In this document: in pieces, positions 9,012 through 18,090 of the stretch
Position numbering within the stretch: the stretch's first letter is position 1
How the letters are laid out: each line of letters opens with the position of its first letter
Assembly (NCBI GenBank): GCA_043814765.1
Contig: JBDRJQ010000020.1
Coordinates: forward strand, 3,028 to 67,027
Length of the DNA: 64,000 nt
From: Nanobdellota archaeon
Lineage (GTDB): Archaea; Aenigmatarchaeota; Aenigmatarchaeia; QMZP01
Direction: 5' to 3'
Position numbers and translations under genes: made by a program
Notes under the pieces: model-generated
Told to the model about the DNA's origin: nothing
Database searches by the model: none
The model's input: only the letters and a program-made list of their open reading frames with translations

Positions 9012-10178
9012 ATGACAAGTAAACATCTATTAGAGGCGTATGAGTCTGGTTTAATGCCAGCTGACATTGTGCCAACTGTTAGTTCCACTGCTCTTTCAAG
9101 GCTTATGAACTCCAAACAAACTTATCATGATGAATATGTTGAAGGCATAAGATCGCTGCAAACCATGGATATGGTGTTCGGTAAAAGAATTCACAGCATG
9201 ATTAATACTTTTTATGGCAAGATTTTTGCATCATCTGATTCTTTTGTAAAGGCGTGGTCCAGTGACTGGTATCGAACTGAAACTGACGATCTGGATATTG
9301 TTATTCCTGAAGGAACAACAAGAGCCCATGAATTCAGAAAACGCTATGGTAAAGGAACAAACATTCTCAGTTCCTTTTATAGTAGGCATATTAGAGAAAG
9401 AATGGCACTTGAGAGAAGAAGACATGATGTTTTAGAAAGTGACGGTTCTGTTCATCTAAAAGGCAAAAAGAAAAAAGAAAGGCTGAAAGAATTGGAAATT
9501 ATTGCTGCAAACGGTTTGTTTCCAATATCAGAACTTTACACTGGTAGCGCAGAATTCAACGGCTTCAAGCTAAACGGGTTTATTGACAGAGTTGATACGG
9601 TAGAAGACAGTTTTGTTATAATTGACTATAAAACAGGCGATATAAATGTTGATGGCAATCAACTCGTATTTTATTACATCGCAACTGAACAACTGCTTGG
9701 AAAACCTCCTGCAGCATGTTTCTTATATGATCTAGGAAATGGGAAACTCGTACCAAAAATAGTAACGTATAATGATGTTCAACGTTTAAGAGAGACTCTT
9801 GATGAATGCAGGGCAACACTTACACTTGTAGAATGGCTGAGAGATTTAAGAAGAGAAGAGCGTGGTTTAAATGGAAAGATTGCTAATAGGCAAGAAAAAG
9901 CAGATAATGATATCCAAACAGGACTCTTTAGCGCTGATCCTGCTGTGAGTCAAATGAGCGCAGAACTACAAAAAACAAGGGATAGCATAAGCGCAGTTAA
10001 ATCGTATTTATCTCTTGATAATCTTCCTGATCAAAAAATTATTCAAGAGCTACCGACTGAACCGATACCGAATAGTGTGTATGAAATAAGAGACAGGCTA
10101 ATTGCTTCATGGGGAGAACCAATGGACAGGATTCCTTATAATGAACCGGAAACAGAAATTGATATAGATATGGATTGA
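9012..10178 (+). CDS. PD-(D/E)XK nuclease superfamily protein (RecB/Cas4-like fold)
   Basis: GFIDRVDTVEDSFVIIDYKTGD gives the D...(D/E)xK motif. No Cas4-type Cys cluster is seen. Confidence 0.5.
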   Translation: MTSKHLLEAYESGLMPADIVPTVSSTALSRLMNSKQTYHDEYVEGIRSLQTMDMVFGKRIHSMINTFYGKIFASSDSFVKAWSSDWYRTETDDLDIVIPEGTTRAHEFRKRYGKGTNILSSFYSRHIRERMALERRRHDVLESDGSVHLKGKKKKERLKELEIIAANGLFPISELYTGSAEFNGFKLNGFIDRVDTVEDSFVIIDYKTGDINVDGNQLVFYYIATEQLLGKPPAACFLYDLGNGKLVPKIVTYNDVQRLRETLDECRATLTLVEWLRDLRREERGLNGKIANRQEKADNDIQTGLFSADPAVSQMSAELQKTRDSISAVKSYLSLDNLPDQKIIQELPTEPIPNSVYEIRDRLIASWGEPMDRIPYNEPETEIDIDMD

Positions 10179-10179
10179 A

Positions 10180-10473
10180 TTATCCTTTAATGTCATCAGA
10201 ATCAATATGTTCATCTTTTTCCGCCACTTCAAGTCCGTATTTTTTAAGAAACGATATGTCTTCCTCTCCCACATCAGAACCGGATACTCTTCTTATTTCA
10301 TAATACTGTTGCGGTTGTCTATCATAATCTAATTCAGAACCTCTTTTATTTATGTCTTTTATCAAATTTTCATCTGTATAAATTTGCCAGTTTATGTAAA
10401 AATCTTTCATATATCCTTCTATCAGCAAATCACGATCAGGAAACGGTTTACCTTGAGGAGCTTTGAACTTCAT
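10180..10473 (-). CDS. hypothetical acidic protein
   Basis: The track ORF (to 10533) overlaps tRNA-Gly, so the internal ATG (MKFKAPQ) at 10473 is preferred. Confidence 0.35.
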   Translation of the reverse strand: MKFKAPQGKPFPDRDLLIEGYMKDFYINWQIYTDENLIKDINKRGSELDYDRQPQQYYEIRRVSGSDVGEEDISFLKKYGLEVAEKDEHIDSDDIKG

Positions 10474-10503
10474 AACCGCTATTATAAGAATAAGAGATAA
10501 AAA

Positions 10504-10608
10504 TGCGTCGACCGGGATTCGAACCCGGATCATTAGCTACCGTCTAAACCTTTTCTTAAAAAAAGGCTTATTGGAAGGCTAAGGTCCTAGCCGTTAGACT
10601 ATCGACGC
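10504..10608 (-). tRNA. tRNA-Gly(UCC) with 33-nt intron at 37/38
   Basis: Hand fold gives acceptor GCGTCGA/TCGACGC, D arm GTCT-AACGGCTA-GGAC, anticodon stem TTAGC/GCTAA, loop CTTCCA^A and T arm CCGGG-TTCGAAT-CCCGG. The intron maps to 10539..10571. Confidence 0.85.
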
Positions 10609-10620
10609 AAAACAACTGGA

Positions 10621-11121
10621 CTATACGTCCAGGTCAAAGTCATCATCCATGTCGCTTTCACTTACAATCTTTTCTGGAGTTATATCTTTTACTTGAGATT
10701 TGCCTTTTTTGATTGCAGCCGCGACTTGATCCAACATTTTGTCGTCCATTCTTTTGACTTCAAGTGCTCCTTCAAGACCTATTGGACCCTCATTCATGAA
10801 CCTTGGTATTACGTGGAAATGAACGTGATTAACCAACTGTCCTGCTGCTGCGCCGTTGCTCTGCCCAATTGACACTCCGTCTGATTTCATAGATGTTTTT
10901 ACCTGCCCAGCTAGTTTCTTCACTGCTAAGAAAAGATCTGAAGCTTCCTTGTCTGGCATATCCAAGATATTTGAATAGTGTTTTTTTGGAATTACTATGC
11001 TATGCCCTGGGTTCCTTGGATTAATGTCTAGGAACGCTAAATGCTTTGCATCTTCATATACCTTTCTTGTAGGTATTTTTCCTGCAGCGATACCGCAAAA
11101 CAGGCATTGTTCTCCTGCCAT
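10621..11121 (-). CDS. HIT family (histidine triad) nucleotide hydrolase/transferase
   Basis: Contains HSIVIPKKH and the HVHFHVIPR histidine triad, plus an acidic C-terminal tail. Confidence 0.85.
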   Translation of the reverse strand: MAGEQCLFCGIAAGKIPTRKVYEDAKHLAFLDINPRNPGHSIVIPKKHYSNILDMPDKEASDLFLAVKKLAGQVKTSMKSDGVSIGQSNGAAAGQLVNHVHFHVIPRFMNEGPIGLEGALEVKRMDDKMLDQVAAAIKKGKSQVKDITPEKIVSESDMDDDFDLDV

Positions 11122-11142
11122 ATTATCACCTTAGTTTTTGAA

Positions 11143-11346
11143 TGGGGCTACCCGGATTTTCATACCATGAAAATCTTCAGACTTCCTTTTGGATTAAACC
11201 TTTTTTCAAAAGGTTTATTTTGAACCGGGGTCGTAAGCTCTTTTTGAATCCATTTCAATTGGAAGCGTCAGCTCCTTTTACTGAAGCTTTTCTTGAAAAA
11301 GCTTCACCCAAAGCTTAAATGCTAGACCAAGCTACACCATAGCCCC
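11143..11346 (-). tRNA. tRNA-Pro(UGG) with two introns (67 nt at 37/38; about 62 nt in the T-loop)
   Basis: Hand fold gives acceptor GGGGCTA/TAGCCCC, D arm GTGT-AGCTTGGTCTA-GCAT, anticodon stem TAAGC/GCTTA, loop TTTGGG^A (G37) and T stem CCCGG/CCGGG split by an insert. The introns map to about 11240..11306 and 11158..11219. The second boundary is ambiguous because AAAAT is repeated. Confidence 0.72.
11184..11217 (+). repeat. dispersed hairpin repeat, copy inside the T-loop intron of tRNA-Pro
   Basis: TCCTTTTGGATTAAACCTTTTTTCAAAAGGTTTA. Confidence 0.7.
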
Positions 11347-11392
11347 ATAATACCGTAATTGATTATTATAGTTTATAAAAGTAATAATATTC

Positions 11393-12106
11393 ATGACTTT
11401 GGAAGCCATTGTTTCTGAAATCAGGAAGGATTTGAAGGAAAATATTGACGAGGAGTACAGGAAAGGTTGCGCGAGAGCTTTCAAGGAAGAAATAAAGCCT
11501 TATGGTGTCCGTTTCGGAAAATTGAGTTGTATAACCAAATCTCACTTAAAGGAAATAAAAAAACTAAGTTTTGAACAGACAGCCGAGCTATGTGAAAAGC
11601 TTCTTAAAAGCGGCTGGTTTGAAGAAACCTCTGTAGCATTCGCCTTTATGTACAGCCACAGGAAAGAATTCAAAGAATCTACAATAGATTTGTTTGAAGA
11701 GTGGATAGAAAAATACGTGCACAATTGGGCTCATTGTGACGATTTCTGCACACATACTATAGGTTTCTTGCTTGAGAAATACCCGTTACTTGTAAATAGG
11801 GTTTTCTCTTGGACAGACTCAAAAAACAGATGGATGAAAAGAGCATCCGCTGTTAGTTATGTTATTCCAGCAAAAAACAGTCATTTTTTAAAGGAAATTT
11901 TACAAACCGCAGAGAAGCTTCTGTATGATGAAGATGATTTAGTTCGCAAAGGTGTAGGGTGGATGTTAAAAGAATATGCAAATCATAATCCTAAACCTAT
12001 AATAGAATTCGTAGACAAATATAAGAAGACAATGCCTAGAACAACACTGCGCTATGCAATAGAAAAACTTCCTAAGGAAACGAGGAAGAGGCTGATGGAA
12101 AAATGA
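11393..12106 (+). CDS. DNA alkylation repair protein (AlkD-like HEAT-repeat family)
   Basis: The 237-aa product has the pattern WFEETSVAF...WAHCDDFC...RWMKRASAVS...VRKGVGWMLKEY that I recall as typical of this family. Confidence 0.6.
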   Translation: MTLEAIVSEIRKDLKENIDEEYRKGCARAFKEEIKPYGVRFGKLSCITKSHLKEIKKLSFEQTAELCEKLLKSGWFEETSVAFAFMYSHRKEFKESTIDLFEEWIEKYVHNWAHCDDFCTHTIGFLLEKYPLLVNRVFSWTDSKNRWMKRASAVSYVIPAKNSHFLKEILQTAEKLLYDEDDLVRKGVGWMLKEYANHNPKPIIEFVDKYKKTMPRTTLRYAIEKLPKETRKRLMEK

Positions 12107-12396
12107 AAAAAATAAATAAAAAAAAGGAGAAGGCGTCGATTGTAGCAGGCACAACAGCTGCAACAGCTGGTTCTGTCGGCGGAATTCTTGGCGCGCTTGG
12201 CATATGCGGGTTTTGCATTGCGCCAACTGCCATAGCAGGATTGGCACTAATAAGCGTTATTTTGGCTGTCATAACCCAATACAGTTCTATTTTCCTGATA
12301 ACAGGAATGGTTTTGCTCATCTTCAGTTTTATTCTTAGAAAAACCCACCAAAAGAAATGCAAGGTGTGCAAAGCAAAGATTAATACAGAGAAATGA
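12103..12396 (+). CDS. small membrane protein
   Basis: Two hydrophobic spans and a C-terminal CKVCK. ATGA overlaps with both neighbours indicate translational coupling. Confidence 0.45.
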   Translation: MKKINKKKEKASIVAGTTAATAGSVGGILGALGICGFCIAPTAIAGLALISVILAVITQYSSIFLITGMVLLIFSFILRKTHQKKCKVCKAKINTEK

Positions 12397-13730
12397 CAAT
12401 TATAAACATGGTAAAACTTGTTTCGCATATACCTTCTAAGAACGTAATATCTTGCCTGAAAAGAGATATTCTGATTGACGGGTTCCATATAGTTGTTGAT
12501 TTGAAAAAAAGCAAAGGCAGTTACATGTATTCAGCTGTTGACAAGAAAAAATACCTGGACATGTACTCTTATTTTTCAACGCTTCCTATAGGCCATAACC
12601 ATCCAAAGATGATTAACAAAAGTTTTTTAAAAGAGCTCACTGCTGCTGCCATAGAAAAACCAGCAAACTCAGACGTATATACAGAAGAATATGCGCATTT
12701 CGTTAAAACCTTCTCAAAGTTTGCTAAGCCTCCTCATATGAAACACTTATTCTTTATATCAGGAGGAGCCCTGGCAGTAGAAAACGCACTCAAAACTGCT
12801 TTTGACTGGAAGATAAGACACAACTTCAAGAAAGGTTCAATAAATGAAACAGGCACAAAAGTCATGCACTTCAGAGAAGCTTTTCACGGCAGAAGTGGAT
12901 ATACATTATCTTTAACTAACACAGATCCTGTTAAAACAAAGCATTTTCCCAAATTTGACTGGCCCAGAATAATTAATCCAAAGCTTCACTTTCCTGTAAC
13001 AAAGGAAGTTCTTGAAGAAGTTGAAAGGGTAGAAAAGAAAGCAGTCACACAAATAAGCAAGAACATAAGAAAATACGGAAACGACATAGCATGCTTGATT
13101 ATAGAGCCAATTCAAGGAGAAGGAGGAGACAACCATTTCAGAAAAGAGTTCTTACAGAAACTTGAAAGCATATGCAATAGACACAGCATAATGTTTATTT
13201 TAGACGAGATTCAAACAGGCTTTGGCACCACAGGCAAGATGTGGGCGTATCAGCATTTCGGAATAAAACCAGATATCATAGCTTTCGGCAAAAAAACTCA
13301 GGTTTGCGGTATAATGGCTTCAAAACGCGTTGATGAAGTTGAGAACAATGTCTTTGAGAAATCCAGCAGAATAAACTCTACGTGGGGCGGAAATCTGGTT
13401 GACATGGTTCGCTGCAGAAGATACCTTGAGATAATGGTTAAGGACAAATTAATTGAAAACGCAGCAATTGTTGGCGAATATTTCTTGAAGCGCTTAAGAG
13501 AGCTCTCAGAAGAATGCGGACAGTTCAATAATGTTCGAGGACGGGGATGTTTTGTTGCAATAGAATTTCCTTCTGTAAAAGAAAGAGACGAGTTCAGAAA
13601 GAACTGCTGGAAGAATGGCTTGGCGACCTTAAACTCTTGGCCAAAATCCATTCGTTTCCGTCCACCATTAAACATATCCAAGAGTGAAATCGATGAAGCA
13701 ATTGAAGTAATGAGAAAATGCTTGAATTAG
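12393..13730 (+). CDS. lat: class III aminotransferase, L-lysine 6-transaminase-like
   Basis: Contains DGFHIVVDLKKSKGSYMY...YLDMYSYFSTLPIGHNHP, PLP-Lys context IIAFGKKTQVCG and DEIQTGFG. Confidence 0.7.
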   Translation: MTIINMVKLVSHIPSKNVISCLKRDILIDGFHIVVDLKKSKGSYMYSAVDKKKYLDMYSYFSTLPIGHNHPKMINKSFLKELTAAAIEKPANSDVYTEEYAHFVKTFSKFAKPPHMKHLFFISGGALAVENALKTAFDWKIRHNFKKGSINETGTKVMHFREAFHGRSGYTLSLTNTDPVKTKHFPKFDWPRIINPKLHFPVTKEVLEEVERVEKKAVTQISKNIRKYGNDIACLIIEPIQGEGGDNHFRKEFLQKLESICNRHSIMFILDEIQTGFGTTGKMWAYQHFGIKPDIIAFGKKTQVCGIMASKRVDEVENNVFEKSSRINSTWGGNLVDMVRCRRYLEIMVKDKLIENAAIVGEYFLKRLRELSEECGQFNNVRGRGCFVAIEFPSVKERDEFRKNCWKNGLATLNSWPKSIRFRPPLNISKSEIDEAIEVMRKCLN

Positions 13731-13806
13731 TAAGTACCGATAAGTTGACATTATAAAACAAAACCCCCCAAATGTTTGGAGGGAATTGATTCTTGAAAAT
13801 ATGCGC

Positions 13807-14814
13807 CTACTGAGTATTGGCTTTAGCTTCGGCGATTTCTTCCTCTGTGTAGAGAAGCCGACAACCATCGTTGTGAATCGAAAGGCCATTGTTGAGATAG
13901 GTCTTATCTCCAGGCTCAATCCGCTCCCCGCAGATTGCGCATACACGGTCGCACTGGCAAGGAAATGTGTTGCATACGGGGCACTCCATTGAATACTGCT
14001 CCATACCCCACCACTGCCCATACAGTTTGAGAAGGTCAATTATCTCCCCATGCCTTGTAAGAGCAACTCTTTTGCGGGTGAACTCCACGGTCTGCCAGGT
14101 AGTCACGAAAGTTCCGTCAACGAATGGTCCATCTTTCTCGAGCTGCACTCTGACAGGCGCGCCTTCACGAAAGTTGTTTCGGATGTCTTTCGCATAGAGC
14201 CACATACTTGAAATACCTTGAGGAGAGAATGAGCCTTGAATTGCAATATTTTCACCTTTGACTATAACCTCCATGTAGAGGCCGAAGCCTGTGTTGAAGA
14301 TGTGAGGCATTTCTCTGCGCTGTTGGGAGAGGTTTTCAAACCAATCCGTTTTGAAAAGGAGGATGGGATCGAGCCGCAACCAGAGAGGTCTTCTGTCGGG
14401 TGCATAAGTAATGCTTTTTCCTGCGGAAGGAAGCGCGTTGCAGATGCATTCCGACCTTTCCGCTAAAATTTCCAACATCTTTTCCGAGACGATAACGGCG
14501 AAGTTTTCTTTAACCTTCGCCTTCCCCCAGGATTTCAGGCCATACTTCATGGTTGCGAAAGCGACTATAATGAAGTTTTCGTCGCTGTTGATGAGTGCTG
14601 AAATCCATGGCCCTTCTTCCACATCAAAGATTTGAATATCCTTGAATTTTACAACGTCTCCAACCTTGAATTCGCCCGATGATGTGAGGCCCATGTTTAG
14701 TACACAGCCCCTTTCGTCATACCGGAGATCTGAATATCTTACAAACAATCGAGCTCCGTCTTCTGCAAACGCTGTTGGCAGAAACTCTCTAATCATTTCG
14801 ATGATAGCTTTCAT
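13807..14814 (-). CDS. hypothetical protein with C-terminal Cys-rich (zinc-ribbon-like) region, on a GC-rich island
   Basis: The 335-aa ORF ends in CPVCNTFPCQCDRVCAICGERI...CRLL. AGGAG lies about 7 nt before the ATG. Several antisense ORFs overlap it, as expected for higher GC. Confidence 0.6.
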   Translation of the reverse strand: MKAIIEMIREFLPTAFAEDGARLFVRYSDLRYDERGCVLNMGLTSSGEFKVGDVVKFKDIQIFDVEEGPWISALINSDENFIIVAFATMKYGLKSWGKAKVKENFAVIVSEKMLEILAERSECICNALPSAGKSITYAPDRRPLWLRLDPILLFKTDWFENLSQQRREMPHIFNTGFGLYMEVIVKGENIAIQGSFSPQGISSMWLYAKDIRNNFREGAPVRVQLEKDGPFVDGTFVTTWQTVEFTRKRVALTRHGEIIDLLKLYGQWWGMEQYSMECPVCNTFPCQCDRVCAICGERIEPGDKTYLNNGLSIHNDGCRLLYTEEEIAEAKANTQ

Positions 14815-15054
14815 GGCTATCTCCTCATACTGAGGGAGTCTGACTCAGACCCTTTCAGCGCCATTGTTTATCCCCTAATGGCAGGGAAATTTGCTGTTTT
14901 AGAAAAAGCTACTAACATCTATCAAATCTGGTTCCAATCATGTCTCGCGTTCTATGAGAGTCACAATCAGATCTTGGATCTGATAGTCGTTTTTTGTTAA
15001 TTTTTGATAACCCAGCGAACCTTTTACCGTTCAAAAGGCTAATATATTTAATGA

Positions 15055-15104
15055 GTTTTTGGATACAACCTTTTGTAGAAGGCGAAAGCCTCTAAAAGGT
15101 TGTA
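15055..15104 (+). repeat. dispersed hairpin repeat, copy with extra GAAGGC-GAAA-GCCTC hairpin in the loop
   Basis: GTTTTTGGATACAACCTTTTGTAGAAGGCGAAAGCCTCTAAAAGGTTGTA. A weaker CCTTTT...AAAAGG hairpin lies at 15017..15040. Confidence 0.65.
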
Positions 15105-15152
15105 ATGTTACTATTAAATAGTGACAAAGGGTTTATAAAGCTTACGCTTAAA

Positions 15153-15398
15153 TCATGCAATAAGTTGCTTTATATATACTGGTTCTGGGCCTTGCTGTCT
15201 TTTGATATCCATCCTTACAAAACCCAAATCAGTGTAGGTTGATTTATGACCGTAATCGCATTCAAAATAATCATGCTTTACACCGTTTCCTAGCTCGCCT
15301 ATGTATCTCAAATCTTGTGGTTCATCAGAGATGCCTAGTATGTGGCACATTGGACAGACTTCTTCTATTACGTCTCCTAAGATTGGATATTTCATCAC
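15153..15398 (-). CDS. hypothetical small protein (CPMC...CDYGH)
   Basis: 81-aa ORF with a possible Zn-binding pattern. No family recognised. Confidence 0.4.
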   Translation of the reverse strand: MMKYPILGDVIEEVCPMCHILGISDEPQDLRYIGELGNGVKHDYFECDYGHKSTYTDLGFVRMDIKRQQGPEPVYIKQLIA

Positions 15399-15506
15399 TC
15401 AAAGAATAAACTTCGGCAAACCGAACAGTTATTAATTGTTTTAGCTTGCTTATAAACAAAGATTTCAAACGCTAACTGATTTATTCCTGCTATACCATAT
15501 GTTACT

Positions 15507-16082
15507 ATGTCTGCAGATAACAAGGAGATAGAGATAAAGATACCTCTTACTGAAAACGAGTTTTTTGAGCTGAAAGAAAGACTAAGGCAAATCGCTACAA
15601 TGAAAAACAACACTAAACATGTAGACACATATTTTACTCCGCCGCACAGAGACTTTTCAGAACCGCAATATCCGTTTGAATTTTTCAGCATCAGAAAAAG
15701 AGGGGACAAAACCATATTAAATTACAAGCATTTCCACCCACCAAACTCCCCGGAAACAACGCACTGTGACGAGTTTGAGACAGAGATAACTAATGCAGAG
15801 GGCATAGAAAAGATAATATCGTTGCTTAATTTCAGGCAATTGGTTGTTGTTGAAAAGGAAAGAGAAACATTTATCTACAAAGATGATTTTGAAATCTGTA
15901 TGGATAAAGTAAAGGATCTAGGGTTTTTCATAGAGATTGAAGCAATGAAATCTTTTGACGGTGTTGAAGACACAAGAAATAAACTGTTTGAGTTTGCAGA
16001 ATCTCTGGGAATAGATACTTCAAAAACAGCTCCAAGAGGGTATGTTTGCATGCTTATGAAAAAAGGGCAATATGCTAATTAA
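15507..16082 (+). CDS. CYTH domain protein (class IV adenylate cyclase / triphosphatase fold)
   Basis: N-terminal EIEIKIPL (ExExK) motif and an FIEIE strand near the C-terminus. Confidence 0.7.
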   Translation: MSADNKEIEIKIPLTENEFFELKERLRQIATMKNNTKHVDTYFTPPHRDFSEPQYPFEFFSIRKRGDKTILNYKHFHPPNSPETTHCDEFETEITNAEGIEKIISLLNFRQLVVVEKERETFIYKDDFEICMDKVKDLGFFIEIEAMKSFDGVEDTRNKLFEFAESLGIDTSKTAPRGYVCMLMKKGQYAN

Positions 16083-17067
16083 ACAACGCCTTTATGGCCA
16101 TTGTTGCGTAAGCACCCTTTGGCAGTCTGAAAGAAACCACGCATTTTCTTTTACCCTTGTTTAGTTCGTCTTTTTCTAGGGAAGTTATACTAAATTCTTC
16201 CAATGGCATCATCAGGTTTCTATCTGCCCCGCTTGATACCATTTCTGGCATTTCAGGAATCTTGAAATCCTCTTTCTTTACGCCTTCTGAAGACATAATC
16301 TCGTTTGCTATGAAAGCTATATCATTCGGTATCTTTGTTTCATAACCAATTAGCGGCACGTTTATGTTTTTTACATTCTCTGTTGGAAAAATCAGTTCCC
16401 CTAGCGGATATTTCAGTTTTTTGTGTTTGAACTTCTTCATATATTCGCTTACCATGCGATTCCACAAAAAAGACTGGTAAGCATGAACATACAGCCACAA
16501 AGTTCTCTTGGGAATTATTCTTAGTGCACCAATTGCATCATTATGATGGTTTCTAAGATGCTCTAAACATTCGGGTATCATTCGAGCAGCCTCCTTAAAC
16601 TTCTTCTGCACTATAAGTTTTCCTATGAAATGGTTGTTAGCTTCTCTGCCAAAACGCTGTTCATCAAAATAATTTGGCACCCATTTCATTTTCTTTGGGG
16701 TTTTTATCTCATCAATTGCCCTTACTGTTATCTCAAAATCATTGGCTACGTGCGTGGATAAATTCATTCTTTCATCAACGCGACCCAAATAAGTTAGCTT
16801 TATGTTGTTCAAATCAAGGTTTTTGTTCGGTCCGTTTAATATTGATATATACTGTTCTGTAACAGCAAATTTGTCCTTTGTTCCAGAGTAGTTGATATAT
16901 TTTCTACTTTTTTTAAGTGAATAAGCTATGGCAGAGATAGCCCTTTCAGTGGTAACATTATTCTTCCATAAGGAATAGCAAGCGTATTTTCCGCCCTTAC
17001 CGATAAAAACATCTATAACTTCGCTTACAAGAAAATCTTCTGGTATCTGCTTTATTTTATATGCCAT
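16075..17067 (-). CDS. truD: tRNA pseudouridine synthase TruD/Pus7
   Basis: N-terminus has IKQIPEDFLVSEV. The catalytic motif is GTKDKFAVTEQ (GxKDxxAxTxQ). Confidence 0.8.
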   Translation of the reverse strand: MAYKIKQIPEDFLVSEVIDVFIGKGGKYACYSLWKNNVTTERAISAIAYSLKKSRKYINYSGTKDKFAVTEQYISILNGPNKNLDLNNIKLTYLGRVDERMNLSTHVANDFEITVRAIDEIKTPKKMKWVPNYFDEQRFGREANNHFIGKLIVQKKFKEAARMIPECLEHLRNHHNDAIGALRIIPKRTLWLYVHAYQSFLWNRMVSEYMKKFKHKKLKYPLGELIFPTENVKNINVPLIGYETKIPNDIAFIANEIMSSEGVKKEDFKIPEMPEMVSSGADRNLMMPLEEFSITSLEKDELNKGKRKCVVSFRLPKGAYATMAIKALFN

Positions 17068-17127
17068 GAATAATTTTAAGATAGGAGATTAAAAAACGTT
17101 TTTTAACCCATACAGCTTAATTCACGT

Positions 17128-17994
17128 ATGAAAAGGGAAGATGCAGTCTTTATGGGCAATTTTGAAAGAGAAGTCAATGATACAGTAAAAAAGTACAAAC
17201 TATTCGATAAAAAAGACAAGATGTTTGTTGCTTGTTCTGGTGGAAAGGATTCCACAACTCTACTGTATTTAATGAAAAAGTTTGGCTATAATCCAGAAGC
17301 TTTGATAATAGATTTATCAAAGACAGATTATTTTCAGACTCATCTCAAAAACATAGAAAAGTTCTGTAAAGATCAGAAGATAAAATTGCATGTCATTGCA
17401 CTGGAAGACGAACTGGTTTATCCAATGTGTCACATGACTTCTGTAATGAGAAAAAAAGAAGGTTACAAATCATGCGCAGTTTGTGGCGTGATGAAACGCC
17501 ATCTTTTAAACAAAAAACCAAGAGAGCTTGGTGCAACAAAAATTGCTGTGGGACACAACTTAGATGATGAATCACAAACAGTCATCATGAATCTTTTTAG
17601 GGCTGATATGATTTCTTCTGTTAACGCAGGGCCCAAAGTTGATGTTGTAAAGGATGATAAGTTTATTGTAAGAGTTAAACCATTTTATTTCACAAAAGAA
17701 GCTGACATAAAAAAATATTCTGAATTAATGAAATTTCCAGTGCAGTATACAAAGTGTCCGTGTTCAGGAGATTCACTGCGCAATTTCATGAGACAATATC
17801 TGAACAAACTAGAAGAAAAATATCCTGATATAAAAAGAAGAATACTTGATAACTCTCTCTTCATTTCAGAAGCTATTAGAAACTCTTTACCCAATGAAAT
17901 AAAGATAAACCATTGCAAGAGATGTCATGAACCAACTAAGAATGAATATTGCGCAGCATGTATTATGTTAAAAACGATGAGCACGCCTCGGTAG
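17128..17994 (+). CDS. tRNA 2-thiolation PP-loop ATPase (TtuA/NcsA-like)
   Basis: PP-loop is ACSGGKDST. Cys pairs are CAVCG, CPCSG and CKRCH...CAAC. The stop codon lies inside tRNA-Thr. Confidence 0.75.
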   Translation: MKREDAVFMGNFEREVNDTVKKYKLFDKKDKMFVACSGGKDSTTLLYLMKKFGYNPEALIIDLSKTDYFQTHLKNIEKFCKDQKIKLHVIALEDELVYPMCHMTSVMRKKEGYKSCAVCGVMKRHLLNKKPRELGATKIAVGHNLDDESQTVIMNLFRADMISSVNAGPKVDVVKDDKFIVRVKPFYFTKEADIKKYSELMKFPVQYTKCPCSGDSLRNFMRQYLNKLEEKYPDIKRRILDNSLFISEAIRNSLPNEIKINHCKRCHEPTKNEYCAACIMLKTMSTPR

Positions 17995-18058
17995 CTCAGT
18001 TTGGTAGAGCAATTGCTTCGTAAGCAATGGGTCGAGGGTTCGAATCCCTTTCGAGGCT
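17985..18058 (+). tRNA. tRNA-Thr(CGU)
   Basis: Fold is GCCTCGG TA GCTC AGTTTGGTA GAGC A ATTGC TTCGTAA GCAAT GGGTC GAGGG TTCGAAT CCCTT TCGAGGC T. There is no intron. Confidence 0.9.
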
Positions 18059-18090
18059 TCTTTTTATTTAACTGAAACTATTTCATTATC

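Noticed and set aside
10474-10533. N-terminal 20 codons of track ORF 10180..10533
   Set aside because: They would overlap the 3' half of tRNA-Gly on the same strand. An internal ATG at 10473 gives a non-overlapping gene.
11041-11223. 60-aa ORF in the track
   Set aside because: It overlaps the HIT gene start and runs through tRNA-Pro. The tRNA fold explains the sequence better.
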